Shown here: one piece after another, positions 25,913-40,065 of the stretch | Numbering within the stretch: position 1 is the stretch's first letter | How the letters are laid out: each line of letters begins with the position of its first letter | Origin: Octopus bimaculoides | Lineage: Eukaryota | Reading direction: 5' to 3' | Assembly: GCF_001194135.2 (NCBI RefSeq) | Contig: NC_068981.1 | Span: 189,149,283-189,213,282, forward strand | DNA length: 64,000 nucleotides | Translations under genes and position numbers: made by a program | The notes under the pieces: model-generated | The model's input: only the letters and a program-made list of their open reading frames with translations | Databases searched by the model: none | Told to the model about the DNA's origin: nothing

Positions 25913-26127
25913 TTTTTTTACTCTAGGCACAAGGCCCGAAATTTTGGGGGAGGGAGGCCAATCAATTAGATCAACCCCAGTACATAACTGGTACTTAATT
26001 TATCGACCCCAAAAGGATGAAAAGCAAAGTTGACCTCAGTGGAATTTGAACTCAGAACATAAAGGCAGATGAAAAACCGCTAAGTGTTTCACCTGGTATT
26101 CTAATGTTTCTGGCAGCTTGTTGCCTT
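25913..26127 (-). mobile_element. SINE family B with 18-bp TSD
   Basis: AGTCCATTGCCCAATAAT is duplicated at 25895-25912 and 26128-26145. It sits next to an older degenerate B-like copy (~25700-25890). Confidence 0.92.
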
Positions 26128-29100
26128 AGTCCATTGCCCAATAATAGCAACAATAAAATTGCTTTAAGAAAGTATAAGCTACATCAGTGAAAATTTTACT
26201 TCTCAGATGTTACAAGATTAAAAATGAGTTGAAATATATATAAAAGGTTATTCTGCCACTAAATAGTTTAAGTGAGTGATGGATAAGTTAAATGTAGATG
26301 AACAACCTATTGAGAGATAAAATATCAAAAGAGAATGTATGAGAAAGTCAGAAGACAAATGTTCCCCAAATTTGTCATAATTCCTCTTCTCTTCATTCCA
26401 GAGCCTAGAGACCATTTCAAAAGAATTCTAGTGTAGGTACCCATAAAACATTAACAGAACAATAGCAGCTTAACTTCTTTGAAATCACAACTAAACAATA
26501 TGTAAAAAGGATATCTTGGATACTGTTGTACACAGGAAAAAAGTGTTGGTCACAGTTGGAATGCCCCCTGTCACAGACCAGCTTCATCACATTAATCTGG
26601 AGCCAAGGAACCACAACAAAAGCGTAGATGAAAGATAAAATACATTTTCTGTAAAATCTCTTCTTTAATCCTTCACAGTTTAAAAGTAGAATAAGACTTT
26701 TTGCATGGGGAGGTATAATGAAAGTGTCTGAAGATCTTAGTGTTATAATTGGTTACAGGTCTGATTAATCCACTTAATAAATGTTGATATTTCAACTAAG
26801 GTCATATCTAATTTAACGAAATGAATTCTTGTGTAGTAATTCTTCATAGTAATTCTTCATTAATTTTATTTTACTGTCAACAAAAATATTGATATTAATG
26901 CAACAATAAAGCAATCAAGAAACCAAGTATTATTGAAAACTATCAAATTTTACTTAATACTTCAAACAAGAAGAAATTTGAATACAGAATTCACCAATCA
27001 TTTTCAAAGAGAAGTGTAACAACTAGCATGGATTATATAAGCATGTGAATTACAAGAGTAAAATGGAATGGTGCCTTGAGAGAAGTAAGGAGAAGTAAGT
27101 CAATTTGTAAGAGAGAGAGAGAACAAAGAAATATAACTGCAAGCAGAAATTGTATGAGATTTTTATGAGAATATTGTAGGCCGAATAGCTTGTTCATAAC
27201 ATAAGAGGGCTATGAAATTTTAAAGTTTTAACTCATAAGTACTTCATGAAGCCAATGAGCATTTAGTCAGGTGAAATGTGCCAGTAGTAAACTGTCACAT
27301 GACATGCTACCGCATAACGTTCCCTTTTTATTGCTGATAAGTAGCTAGTATAAAGTTAGCATAAGTGAAGTAAATTATTCTATAGATATGCTACATAGAA
27401 AAATTTCTGAAATAAGTATAAAGGCTTAATTTCAGTTTTCTGAAAATGGATCCATTAAGCTTCATTGTGGTTGGGGAATATGTTTTGGTGTTTCAATATG
27501 TAAGTATACTGAGATAATAATACCAGAACTAGACCAGACAGACCTAAAGAAATGTTTTCAATGAAAATTTGGGTGGTCAGGATTCATTGTTAGCTCATTG
27601 TGTTTGTTCATTCATGATTTGTAGCCTCGATCAGTTTTACAGGAGAAAACAAAGCATTTGACCACATTCACAGTAATAGCCACCTTGTGTTATTGTTGCT
27701 AGGATAATCCAAAAATTAGAACTTAAAACATTTCTCTATTATTTGTATTGCACAAAGCAATTAGTGAACAATGACTTCATTGATTAGAGGTCTCCTATGA
27801 ACCAAATACTGATTCACTGAATTCCTGAAAGCAACAGTAAAAACAGAGCATATGTAATTTGGCGAGAAAAGATCACAAAGTTTTGTTTGACAAGTACTAG
27901 ATTCTGACTGATGTTTGCATCTTTCCCAATGAAAATTGAAAGATATAACCACACTAAACAAACATACAAGCATATATATATATGCATGTATGTATGAAGG
28001 AGTCTCTCAGCACCATTTCTATCTACCAAATTTCATGGAGAACACAATGGTCAGCCTGAGACACTGCTTCACCTTAGACAAGCATTTTCTGCCAGTGGAA
28101 TTGACTATGGAAATATGTGGTTGCAAAACAGATGTCTTAACCACACAATGTCTGAACTTTGGACTTCACTTTGATATAATTAATAGCAGTCTACAAGATA
28201 GATTGGAGATAGTAGATTTATTATGGCACCACTAATTTTTGTGTATCTTTTTCTTTTTGTAACAACTGCTAGGTTTTAAAACATTAACTTAGGGCTTATC
28301 TTAAATTCTCTGATAACCACATTTCAAGTCAAGAACTAAATAATGTGAAAGTGGATGCAAGATGAATCTAGTGTTCCTGAGCAATGGTGATAGTGCTGAT
28401 AGAATCTTTCTAGTATCTCAGTCTTGTGAATGGAAGAATAAACACAGCAAAGTTAGTAAATAAATGCCAGGTTCACATAGGATTTGAACCCAATCAGCAC
28501 AAGATGGACTGTTCTGTCCTATACAAAGCAGCTCACAATGACTAACACATGACAAGTAACAATAAAAAGCCAGAAAGAAAAGTAGATCTATAACTGATTG
28601 TCTTATTGCTGTTGTTGGTTTAATTCCAGGAAGTTACTGATGTTGTACAATAGCAGAAGTTTTTCATTAAAAAGTCTGCAAGAATTCCCTTCCAGTTAAA
28701 TTATTTTATAGTTTTCTTCAGCTCAGATAAATTCCTCACATGCTTTGCTTCTCAGCAGCTATTTTCTCAGTATTTGTCAACTATTGTATATTAGATGCTG
28801 GAACATATCCATTCTTTCTTTCCTTCCAATCTTATTTTCCAGCTGATTACATCTAAAAGGCAATTGCACACTTGAACAAACCGATGTCAATGACCAAAAC
28901 ATTCCTCCTAATCTTAATGCCTGTAAATCTAATACACAAAAGTATGTTTTTCTTTTTCTTTTACTATTTTCATGATGTCCCATTTTTCTTTTATTTCACT
29001 TCTACTCATCAACATAATATTCTTGAACTATTCCAAATGTTGCCATTTTCTTCAAATATTTTTCTTTATTGTTCTTGTCTATTTTTATCTATCATGTATA

Positions 29101-29650
29101 TTTTGTGAATCCAACTGCATCCTCTGCTTAAAGTTATGGAACACAAATAGTAATTATGTTCAATGATGAAAGACAAAATATGAGAAATGATCAGGTTTCT
29201 TGGGTCTGTAAATCCACTGAACTACTTTGCACTAATTTCTCATGAGCAACAACATTTTCAATCTTTAAACTGGTAGATTTATATAGAGAAAACTTGTTTA
29301 AAATATTTAAGTAATTCAGTCCTTAGCATTCAGACTATCCTTTTATCTCACTCAGTGCTTCTCAAACATTGTTTTTGCTCTTTTTTTTACTAACATTTTC
29401 AATGCTACCCCCTTACAATTCAGCACAATTCAATACACCACATGTACATATACGTACTCATGTACATATACATACTCATGTACATACAAGCCAGGATGCT
29501 AATCAATGCTACAGGTGCAGTGACTATCTCTATTGCATGTTTGGAAATACCCACCAATTTGGACAATGTTCTTGAAATAATACATTTGTTTATAGTTTAT
29601 AATTTTTATGCATAGGTGATATATGTTAAGTTCTTATTCCCATTTCAAAG

Positions 29651-30053
29651 TCTGTTATTTTCAAACATTGCAGGATGTGCAGGGAGAAGTACCTGAGGGC
29701 AAAACAGATGAACTCCCAGGCTGAGTACAAAGACTTACCCAAACAGTGTAAGACTGTTTACAGATGCAAATATTGTGAGGGTGAGGAGTACCTCTTCATT
29801 GGAAAACCAGACAGTAACTGCTGGTTTGACTGGCACCACAAGCGTCAGTATTGGTGATAAAACAAACAAAAAAAAACAAGTAGTAAGGACAATGTTACCC
29901 TCTGTTGGCATTTTATTTCAATATGAGAGACAGAAAACATCTTAATGATATTGAAAGAGTATTAGGTGGGAAATCATTTTTTTGGCTCTTTTACTCAGGG
30001 AACCTGGGGTGAGGGTGCTGAGGACAATGGCTATCTGGGGTTCAAAGGGTTAA
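29651..30053 (+). mobile_element. piggyBac-like transposon 3' end (Cys-rich C-terminal domain plus terminus)
   Basis: Open frame SVIFKH-CRMC-REKY...TVYR-CKYC-EGEEYLFIGKPDSN-CWFDWH-HKRQYW* (stop 29855-29857). The element ends ..TTCAAAGGG|TTAA at 30046-30053. Confidence 0.75.
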
Positions 30054-30453
30054 ACACAAATAAGTACAGTAACTGACAAAGGGCTAACACAAGCATCATC
30101 AAAAGGTAGAATATTCAAAATAATGAATGGCCAATTCAACCCAAACAGAATTTGAACTCAGGTTTCTGTGCTACTGAATCACTCAAAGTGTATTTACTCT
30201 GGATCTCTATCTTTGCATGTCAGATTGCATTTAGCATGGTTGAAGATGACTATTAATATAACAACATTCATTTATTAATAAGGCACTAAGTCAACTTTTG
30301 TTGGGGACAAGTAACAGACCCTTGAACTGACTCTAAGAGTAAAGAAATGAACCACAAAAATCAATCTCTTTTTAGCATAGAAGAGTAAAGCTAAACATCT
30401 TAAAGTATCTAGAGTTCTACCATTTATACATTCACTGAACCTTGAATACTAAT

Positions 30454-30667
30454 ACTGATTTCCCATTCTGGCACAAGGCCAGCAATTTTGGGGAAGGGTG
30501 TAAGTCAATCACGTTGACCCTAATGCTCAACTTGTACTTATTTTATTGACCCTGAAAGGATGAAAGGCAAAGTTGACCTTGGCAGAATTTGAACTCAGAA
30601 CATAAAGACAGGTGAAATGCAGTTTGCCTGGCATGCTCACAATTCTGATGGATCACCGCCTTAGACT
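30454..30667 (-). mobile_element. SINE family B with 12-bp TSD
   Basis: TTGAATACTAAT is duplicated at 30442-30453 and 30668-30679. Confidence 0.88.
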
Positions 30668-33600
30668 TTGAATACTAATGTTAATAATGATCATCATCCT
30701 CCAATATAAAGACACTTTTTGTCTCAATTAATGAGGTAATAGAAAATATAAATAAAAAGAAGTAGAACCCATGAAGTTCTTTTTGATCATTTACTATTCC
30801 CTTGAAGTATTTATGATATTAATTCTCAGTAAGTAACCACTAGCTTATTAAGCAATGTGAAAGATTTATAAGGAAAGTGGATACAAAATTATGATGATGA
30901 AGTTAACATGGAATTTATATTCTCTCTCCCTATCCTTGCTTTTGTCAATATTTTATAAAACTAGTCAAATTTTAAAGCTAGATACATCAAAATGGAATTC
31001 TTAACCTTTCATATGATCTTTATTAACACTGAAAAACTTTTTATCTTTCACATTTTTAGTTTTCAAATATTTATGTTTTCTCCACTTAGAGACTAAAGTA
31101 TGAAAATGCCACAATATGCCAGTAAGCATTCTAAAAAATATTAATCTACCATATATCATATTTTTGTCTGAATATAGTCATGCTTTGATATTCTTTACTT
31201 TGTTCAAGTTAGCTGGCTGGTGATATTGACAGAGTTTTTTTTTTCTCTCTTTGTGAGTTATGTTTTTGTATCAATCTATCATGAACTACAGCCTTAAAGT
31301 CCATATCAAGATTAGAATATGTTAAAAAGATTCATAGAAAATCAAGCACAGAATCACTGCAAGGTTATTCAGCCTATAAACTTCTTGTAATATCTCTCGA
31401 CCAACTACACTTTTTATGCTTTTAAAGGAGATTAGGACAGAATATCTGTGTATTTTGTTTATGCTTAGTTCTGTAAAAATCTATCGAAGAAAACTTGAAA
31501 AATATTTTTTTAAGAATTTCACTGCAGAATATTTTGAGACACATTGATATTTAAAACTGAAGTGGTTAATAACAGGAATAGTCAAAAGTACAATATACTT
31601 TTATGTCACAAGTAGGCAGAAAAGTCTAATGTTTCAGGCAGGACTCTATCAGAAAAATGAAATGCTTCCTTACATTCCCGAATCTTTCTCATGGTAAAAA
31701 ATTTATTCCACTGTTCCAATTTTTTGCTTTGCTATTTGCCAACACAGACCATTACTAGTTTCTTTATATCTCACTGTTTTACTTACAGCCTATAGTTGCA
31801 GGTGTACAAACCCTTAGCAATACCAGATAAATGTGATTAAAGGTTAAAGATTATAGACAATGTAGGATAGCTTGAAAATTACATTTCATGATCTTAGAGG
31901 AAAGCTAATGACAGCATATTAAAACATGAGGAAGACTATGAAAATAGGTATAGGCATGGCTATACAGTAAAAGGCTTCCTTCCTAACCATATGGGTTTGG
32001 TTTAGTCCTACTGTGCAACACCTTGGGCAAATTTGTACGCTACCTCTAGGCCAATGAAAGCCTTGTGAGTGGATTTGGTATACAGAAAACAAAAGAAGCT
32101 CATCATACACACGTGTGTTTGTGTGTACTCCTGTCTAAACATCATGTGGCGGTTGTAAATGAGCAACATTATCATACAAGTGTGGTTGTTCATTTCCAGT
32201 CTTCTGGAAATGGGTCTAGATCTGAAAAATAGTACTTTGCTGGGAAACAAGTGAGGGTTGGTAACAGGAAGGGTATCTGGCCAGAGGAAATTTGCCTCAA
32301 CAAATCCTGTTTGACCAATGGATTGCCATTGATACCAGAAACAATGAGTTTTACACCCTAATAGGAATGTTTTTTTACCAAAGCATTTCCTTTGCATAGC
32401 CTCCTAACATACTCTTTCAGTTAAGTCTCCCATAAAACACCATTTTCAGGGAGGAAATCTTACTCTTAAACTTTGAAACTGTTTACATAACCTCAAAAAA
32501 GAGAAAAAAAAAAAAAATGAGATTATCTTTGCTAGAACAACCAATACCAAACGAAGGATTTACTATATCAGCTTCACCAAAACCAAAACTAAGCAAAGCT
32601 TTGTTGACAATGGACAGCCCATTGACAAAAATGTTCCTGTCTGACAAAATGAAATAAACTACAGAAGAACTGAACTTCATTTGCAAAGAAATATGGGAAG
32701 ATAAAGCAGTTGTTTGCTAATCAAAATTTCAGTTATGTGGATTAGTCGGATCAGCCTGCAATGCACTATACCTTCAATCATCCTGATCTTGTGTCAAATG
32801 TTGTACGAGAAATGTTTACACATTTGACCTCTGGTCTTCCTCAGTCTCAATAACCCTCTATCAAATAACATAACTCATCATGTACATCCATTTGCCACAT
32901 TTCTGCTCTTCCTGAACATAAACCAATATCTTGAATACAAAAAACATCCAGTGTTTTTAATTCTAAATCAATACTAACAACTAACTATTCATCTTTCACA
33001 TTTTCATGTAGATTTTCTCTTTTTTTTTGCATATGTTTAGTGGCTAAGCAAAAAAAAAAATGAAAGTAAAGAGAAAAAGAATAAGCACACTATCATGAAA
33101 ATATGACAGTGATATTGTTATCATGGCATGACAATTTCAATGGCTATGTCAGAAAAAACAATAGACAGGTATTTGAGTGTGTATAGCATCTATGATTGTG
33201 CAAAAAGAAATGAAGAAAATTCAAACATTTTTGTAGTTCAGTGATGCAAATGTCATTATTTACTCTATATATATATATATATATATATATATTACAATTT
33301 ACCACAAACTAATTTTGTGGTAAAAAAAAAAAAAAAAAAAACCAATTACTTAGTGAATTACCTACCATGTATTATGTTGATTTTGCATTTAGGAGAAAAT
33401 AAGACAGACAAACAAAGAACTCAGTCCTCAGTATGGATTGACTAGCATATTAAGGTTAATGACATAACAGATTCAGAAGCAAGATGAATTTATAAATGTT
33501 AAAATATCCTTCTGCCTAACAATACTAGATGATATATAAGGAATATGATAGAAAACATGGGTATTTCTAAAAGAACCTGATTGAAAACCTCTGAGTGGTT

Positions 33601-35039
33601 CTGTGGAACTTGAGGAACTAAAAGAAAATACTGTCTAAACACATAAGAAAACAGTATTCAGAGGCTGGAAGAAAATGTCAAGAGAACTATAAGCAGGAAG
33701 TTTGTTATTTTTCTATTTGTGATGGTATGAAATGCAAAATGTTTCAAAATACAAGACATATTTACATGAATCAGGATCAGTTTGTCAAAAATTACGATGG
33801 TATGTTTACCATCCAAATTAGTTGAAATAAAACGGATGGAAATGATAATAAAGCAAATTGCTGAACGAGGATAATGAGGAAATTGATAAAGAAACCTGTT
33901 AAACCATGGAAACATCTGTATACACACTTTTTTATTTAAAGCTGTAGCAGATAGACTAGGTATCCAGCTGATATATTTCTAATTTTAATTTTTCATAAAC
34001 TAATGTATTTTTTCCTAACCTAAACAATCGTCCAGAAGAAAATTCCAAGCCACAAAAACACATACAAGTATTACTGCATTAATCATTCATGTTATTATTT
34101 CAAGACGAATCTTCTTAGTAAGAACCATGTTGGAATGAATTATCAGCTAGCTTTTCAAATCTTCATACTAATCTCACTATCATACAGGGAATGGATCCAC
34201 TTTAGGCACAATGATGAAATGAAGATTTTACTTAAGTAACAAAGCACGACTGTAATTCTTCTCTCTGTAAAATCTCTTTCACTTACTTTACAATCATTTC
34301 TTTATACAATTTGTTTAGCATGCCATAAAATGAAACTATACAATAGCGTTTTCTAACTCAAAACATTTACCAGCTTTAGACACATAACTTTATCATGATT
34401 TACAGGTATGTACACAAGAACATATACAAATTTACACATGCATAACATACATAAATGCTTACATACAGATACACACATGATGGCTGCCACTCAATTTTAA
34501 GTTTTTCTTTTAAACAAGAGTAGAACAGATGTGGTTTTTCACTCCTGCTAGGGAGTTAGCTTTATACAAATGTAACAACTATGAGAGGCTGTTGCAGTAA
34601 GTGTTACAATACTGTTTTGGTGAACCTTCAAATGATGCGTCAGCCTTCAAATGTATTATTATTTCATGCACATAAAGATGCCATATAATGAATAGTTAAC
34701 AACCTCCGTGTGTGTGTGTGTGTAGCTTCTCTAACCTGCTTTACAAACAGTCATGCCCACCCTTGTCACCAACATAGCCAAGCAAATTCACATCATGCCC
34801 CTTATGACCAGTTCTTAAATTGTTCATCCTCAATGCAAATTCATTCATATTCCCTCCTCCTCCCATCAAGCACTGCTTTCCTCCATGATGAGCCATCTAG
34901 AGCAAGGTTTTCCTATTCATTTTCTAAGATTCTGACCCTCAATGTATTCTTGTATACCTTAATTTGAGTTTGTGCACTGGTCTTTTAACCTGGGCTAACT
35001 CATCATCAGATATTGCTATGTCATTTTATATGATGCTGA

Positions 35040-35560
35040 AGTATCAGGGACTGGCAGAATGACTGTGTTTGAGTACTTCAACATTACATTTATTTACCAT
35101 CAGAGACACTGTTGGTGATATAGATTTAGCCTTTTCGTATGTCTATAAGTAACCCAGGTCTCACGAAACACAAGTATTGCAGAACTTTGTCTCAATTGAA
35201 ATTCTATGCCGAGATTATAAATAATTCAATTTTCTGAATGCGTCTCTGGCTTTCTTGATTTGGGGAAGATCTCACCATCAAAAGTATTTGTCATGTTTAC
35301 AATACTGTCTAAACAAATAAAATACACACTCACACACACAAACACATACATCATACACTGTTGTAGAGTTCAGCTGCCCAGCAGTTATGTTTTTCTAAAG
35401 TTGGGGAAAAGAAAAACTGCTAAGGTGAACTAATGACAAACTTACAGCTCTTGTATTCAGGATATAGATTTTCAGTTGTACTGTCATAGGGATACAGAGC
35501 TATGTAATGAAAGATCTGTATACAAGCATAGAAATGTTGGGGTTATGAATGATATCACAA
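35040..35560 (+). mobile_element. Decayed R4/Dong-like LINE C-terminal fragment
   Basis: HYIYLPSE.., VEFSCPA and ELMTNLQLLY remnants match the fragment at 820-1320. Confidence 0.6.
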
Positions 35561-35958
35561 AGAAAACAGATTAGCTTCTTCCAAATACAATCAATTAATG
35601 ATACAGCAAAAATTTATAAAGGATTCTCCATTTGATTTTCTGAAATGAAGATATGCACAGAATTGTATGGGCATGTAGCATATTCACACACATGGATAAA
35701 AAAACAGCAATGAAATGCACACACCCAGTATTAAAGTGACATGCACACCCATTACATTAGTGCAAGCTTAGCCACATATGCACTAATGGGCACACTAAGC
35801 CATTAAGTCTCAGGAACAGTCTTCACACAGTTGAAATAATATGCACACTTTTGTTAGTCACTGAGTTAAATTTGTAAAGGAAAATATTTAATAAATCTTA
35901 AAGCAAAACATAGACATAACAAGGATTAAACATGCATATATATATATATATATATATA

Positions 35959-36361
35959 TTTAAAAGTTCAAATAAAGGTTACAAACCTCATTAAGGGATA
36001 ATAAAATCTATGAATATACTGGTTTATTACCTATTACAGGAAGTATTGAATATTATAATTAATATTCAATTGTGAGGTAACGGGATAAACCAGGGTTTAT
36101 ATATATTTTTAAGAAAATAAGAAAATAGAGAGATAATTAAATTAACAATTATTATCAGTTAATGGTTTGGAGCTTTACACTCAACATACTGGAAAATGAA
36201 AATTCAATGGTATATCTTTAGCCACCTCCGATGAGATTCAGCTTTAAAATGTTTTTAATTATATTAATTAATTTCTAAAAGTTTTGAATCGAAACAGCTG
36301 TCAGAGATGATGTCCTATTTTATAATTAATAAATAATTATTAATTTAATTATTTATTTTCT
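35959..36361 (+). mobile_element. AT-rich Penelope-like pLTR remnant between (TA)n tracts
   Basis: Carries a minimal hammerhead motif (next feature) and is bounded by TA microsatellites. The Penelope assignment is inferred from the ribozyme architecture. Confidence 0.5.
36226..36304 (+). ncRNA. Minimal type-I hammerhead ribozyme motif (degenerate)
   Basis: CCGATGA core (36228-36234, U4>C relative to CUGANGA). Stem II GATTCA (36235-40) / TGAATC (36285-90). GAAA (36291-94), palindromic stem III ACAGCTGT (36294-36301), GUC triplet ending at 36302. Stem I has only 2 clean bp. Confidence 0.6.
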
Positions 36362-36973
36362 TATATATATATCAGACAGATTCCAAAGAGACTAGTGTAG
36401 GTGAGCATTGGCAAGACTTGTATTATTTAGTAAAATAGGTAAATAAAGTACAGTGAATTTGCTATACTGTACTCTCTTATTGATTGTAACAAAATAAGCC
36501 ATGAACAGTTGAGTGACAAATTAACAATAGCTTAGTGACAATATAATTTTGCAAAAGCCAAACTAGGCAACCAAAACAACTCAGTGGCACAATACATACA
36601 AGCAATATTATTAATGTGCCAAGAAAGAGTGCAATCATCTGGTTAACCTTGTAACTTGCTTTCCAAAGCTATCTTTCTTGAACTCCCTCTCTCTTGGGTA
36701 CCCAAGTATCCTCTCTATAGTAAGACAGCTATTTCTGTCCCTCTGTTATACTCTAACCCCTCACCTGGCTCACAGCCACTTTCCTCAGTTCCACTCCCTC
36801 TCTCAGCTGAGAGGTCTTTGTCTTGCAAGCAACTTATCAGCCCTGCTAGTACCACAGAAAAAGCACCTGTGCTGGTGCCATGTAAAAAGCATCAAGTACA
36901 CTTTGTAAAATGGTTGGCATTAGGAAGGATATCCAGCTGTAGAAACCAAGCCAAAACAAGGAGCCTGGTATAG

Positions 36974-37163
36974 GAGAATTCACGAAAAAACAACAGACGA
37001 AAACAGGTGGTGTAAACAACAAATAGATGTATTAGTATAATGCTTGGGAATAGAGAAAGTCTTTAATGTTTCGAGCCTACGCTCTTCAACAGAAAGGAAG
37101 ACAGAAAGAAACAAGGAGAGAAAAAAATATATGTGTAGTGGTCAGCGATCTATCATGGTGAAT
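36974..37163 (-). mobile_element. 190-bp hammerhead-bearing mini-element (Penelope-like) with 14-bp TSD
   Basis: GGAGCCTGGTATAG is duplicated at 36960-36973 and 37164-37177, splitting a family-C repeat. Confidence 0.7.
37061..37096 (-). ncRNA. Minimal hammerhead-like motif, variant core
   Basis: Minus strand reads CTTT-CTGTTGAA-GAGC-GTAG-GCTC-GAAA-CA-TT-AAAG. Stem I CTTT/AAAG and stem II GAGC/GCTC are perfect. The core has A6>U, and stem III is AACATT rather than palindromic AACGTT. Confidence 0.45.
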
Positions 37164-38352
37164 GGAGCCTGGTATAGCTCTCCAGTTTGCCAGCTCCTGT
37201 CAAACTGTCCAACCCATTCTAGCATGGAAAACAGGCATTAAGTGATGATGATGAGGAGGAGAAGAGATCCAGAAACTAGGTAAAATAAGTCTCTGCATGG
37301 GTAGAGGTTGTGTGAGGAAAAGAAAAAAGAAAATAGAAAAGTACTAAAAACCACACTGCCTTCTTTAATTCTGAGAGGATCTTCAACTCTCAGGATTTGA
37401 AACCAAATTTGTTTCCCCATTTTACAAAGTGTTAATAAGGTGTAATCTCATAATCAGTGAAACTGTATAGCATCCATGAGAATTCTTGCGCAAATCTTGC
37501 AAGCATAATCCACATATAAATTCACATCATGGTAGGTATGGCTTACAGCTGTCAGCAGCTGTTGACAATTTGACAAATGTTTTGCTTGTTTTCAATAACA
37601 ATCAACTCAAATACTGGTTGGATTATTGTGTAAAGAAATGAGCTTAACTATGTTGATTTAACACTGATAAACTACTCCAAGATGAAAATTTTCAATAATG
37701 ATTTAATGATCTAATTCAGTATAGGACCTGAACTATCTTCAGGATTTGTATTAAAGTTATATATATCTGTGAGTTGCTTATAGTAAAATGTATAAGAGTG
37801 AGATTATAAGAAAAGAGATACTTCATTCATGATAGTTGTATAGATTCAAACTGACAGTGAGTTAGTAAGAGTATAATGTTGGTGAGTGAAGTTTGTAAAG
37901 TTCTGGTAGTTGAAGATATTCAATGGTTAATTTAACTCTTGATAGGAAGCAGTTATTTTCATGGCCTATCAAAGTGAGATTTGGTGATAAAATCATGGGA
38001 CCTATAGAATCAAGTAGAAGCCAGAAGCTATATATGCAGAACCTCACCTTAAAACAAAAAAAAAAATGATAATAACTCAAACCCTCACTGCTTTCTTGAG
38101 TTATGAAAATATCTCATGTTCCCAGGTTTTGAAACCAGTCTTGTTCCACCTCATCGAATTTTCCTCAACGGCCTTGGTTATTTGATGACTAACGCAAGTA
38201 TGGCTGAGTGGCTAAAAAGTTTTCTTCCCAACCATGTGGTTTGTAGTTTAGTCTCACTGTGTGGCATCTTGGGCAAATGTCTTCTATTATATGCCTGAGA
38301 CAACCAAAACTTTGAGAGTGGATTTGATATACAAAAACTGAAAGAGCCCTAT

Positions 38353-38413
<61 letters not shown>

Positions 38414-39599
38414 ATGCATATGGGGGTGGGTCTCCTTATCTGGATTCCTGTGATGGTTGTAAACAAGCAGTGCTGTTCATTTCCAATCTTCTGAGAAAAG
38501 TATGTCTAGTCATGGGGAAAATATTACCTTGGTTGGAAAGAGATGAGGGCTGGTGACTGGAAGACCATCGGATGCATGGAAACATGGAAGAGTGGGCATT
38601 AAAATGATGATGGTGATGCACCAATTAGGCTAATAACCTAAATGACAAACTAGTGAACAGGAACTTGTCTGCTGGCTATGCATCAACAGGAACTGTAATT
38701 CTTAGAATGGTTGAGAAGCCATATATGTAAACACATGTGTGTGTGTATGTAATGGCATTTACATTAATCAGAGGCATTTGGAACTTTTACAGTTATTATA
38801 ATCGAAGAAAGATTCTATTCACTTTAATCAAAAAACAGAATGGGTTTTCATGAATGCTTGAGTGATTCATAGGCAAGGTTGGACAATAATAGATGTTACT
38901 GAGATTAGGAGGCCTAAGATTAATGGGTTTGCTAAATTTATTCATTAATTGTTAAGAACTCAGTGCTCATGGACATAAAGTTACTTGATTTTGATTTAAT
39001 AGGCACAGGTGCAGCAGTGTTGTTTGCTTTCAAACCATATTGCTTTGGGTTCAATTCTACTATATGGCACCCTGGGCAAGTAACTTTTACTATGACCATG
39101 AGTCAACCAAAACCATATGAGTAGAAATTGTCAGAAGTCTGTCATGCACATAATTGCATGCTTGTGTGTGAGTGTTTATATGTTTCTGTCTTGTCTTGAC
39201 ATTGCTTGATTGTTGTAAATGTTAGTCATTTCCAATATTCTACATAAACATGTCTGACCAGGAGGAAAAATTACTTTATGTTGGCAACAGAAGGGAATCC
39301 AGTCACAGAGAATTTGCCTCAATAAATTTCATCCAATCCATGCAAACATGGAAGAAATGGTTTCCAGCTGAGAAGCAGGTTTCTGTATACAAAATTAAAC
39401 AACTAGGTATTGTTAAATGCTGGGATGAGAGCAACAATAACTCTACAAATGTGTGCGTGTATGTGAGACACAGAGAGAGACTCCATGTTTTGTTGATTTA
39501 AAGGTTATACTTCAAATATATCTAGCAGGTGTTAGTAGTTTCATTCTCAAGCTGAAATCATAGCCTACACATTAACTGCATCTTTTCTAATTTTATAAA

Positions 39600-40065
39600 A
39601 TGAAACTTTTCAAGAAATGGTGTTCAGTCACTTGGTTAGAGAAATGTTGTTGCCATATTATGCATCATAAGAAGGTGAAGTTACGATACTTTCAAACAGC
39701 TACTAATAATGTTAGAAACATCATTAACATTCGTTCTTCAGAGCTGACAAGTGTCAAATCTGCATTGCCTGATTCTCTATCACTTTTGTGCTTGAAGAAC
39801 ATCACCAATATTTTGTTCCTGGATTTCACAAGGTATTCCATTAGTTGTGAAGTAGTGTAGTTGTTGCCTATCCAAGTGAGTGTGCTACCTTTGTCATCTA
39901 TTTTAGTGATCTGAAATCTTTCAGCAACATATTCATGCATTAGCTGACATATGGGAAGATTTCCTTCGCAAGATTCAATAATGTAACACTTTCTAACCAG
40001 CCTGTATAATGATGTATGGTTATTCATTGAAAACTTTACATGAGAGTTGTTTGAATATCTTACTA
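39600..40065 (-). mobile_element. Decayed R4/Dong-like LINE fragment (explains the 137-aa ORF)
   Basis: TKIDDKGSTLTWIGNNYTTSQ, then a frameshift to EIQEQNIGDVLQAQK..DTCQL*RTNVNDVSNIISSCLKVS, matching the CCHC region of the 820-1320 copy. Confidence 0.6.
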
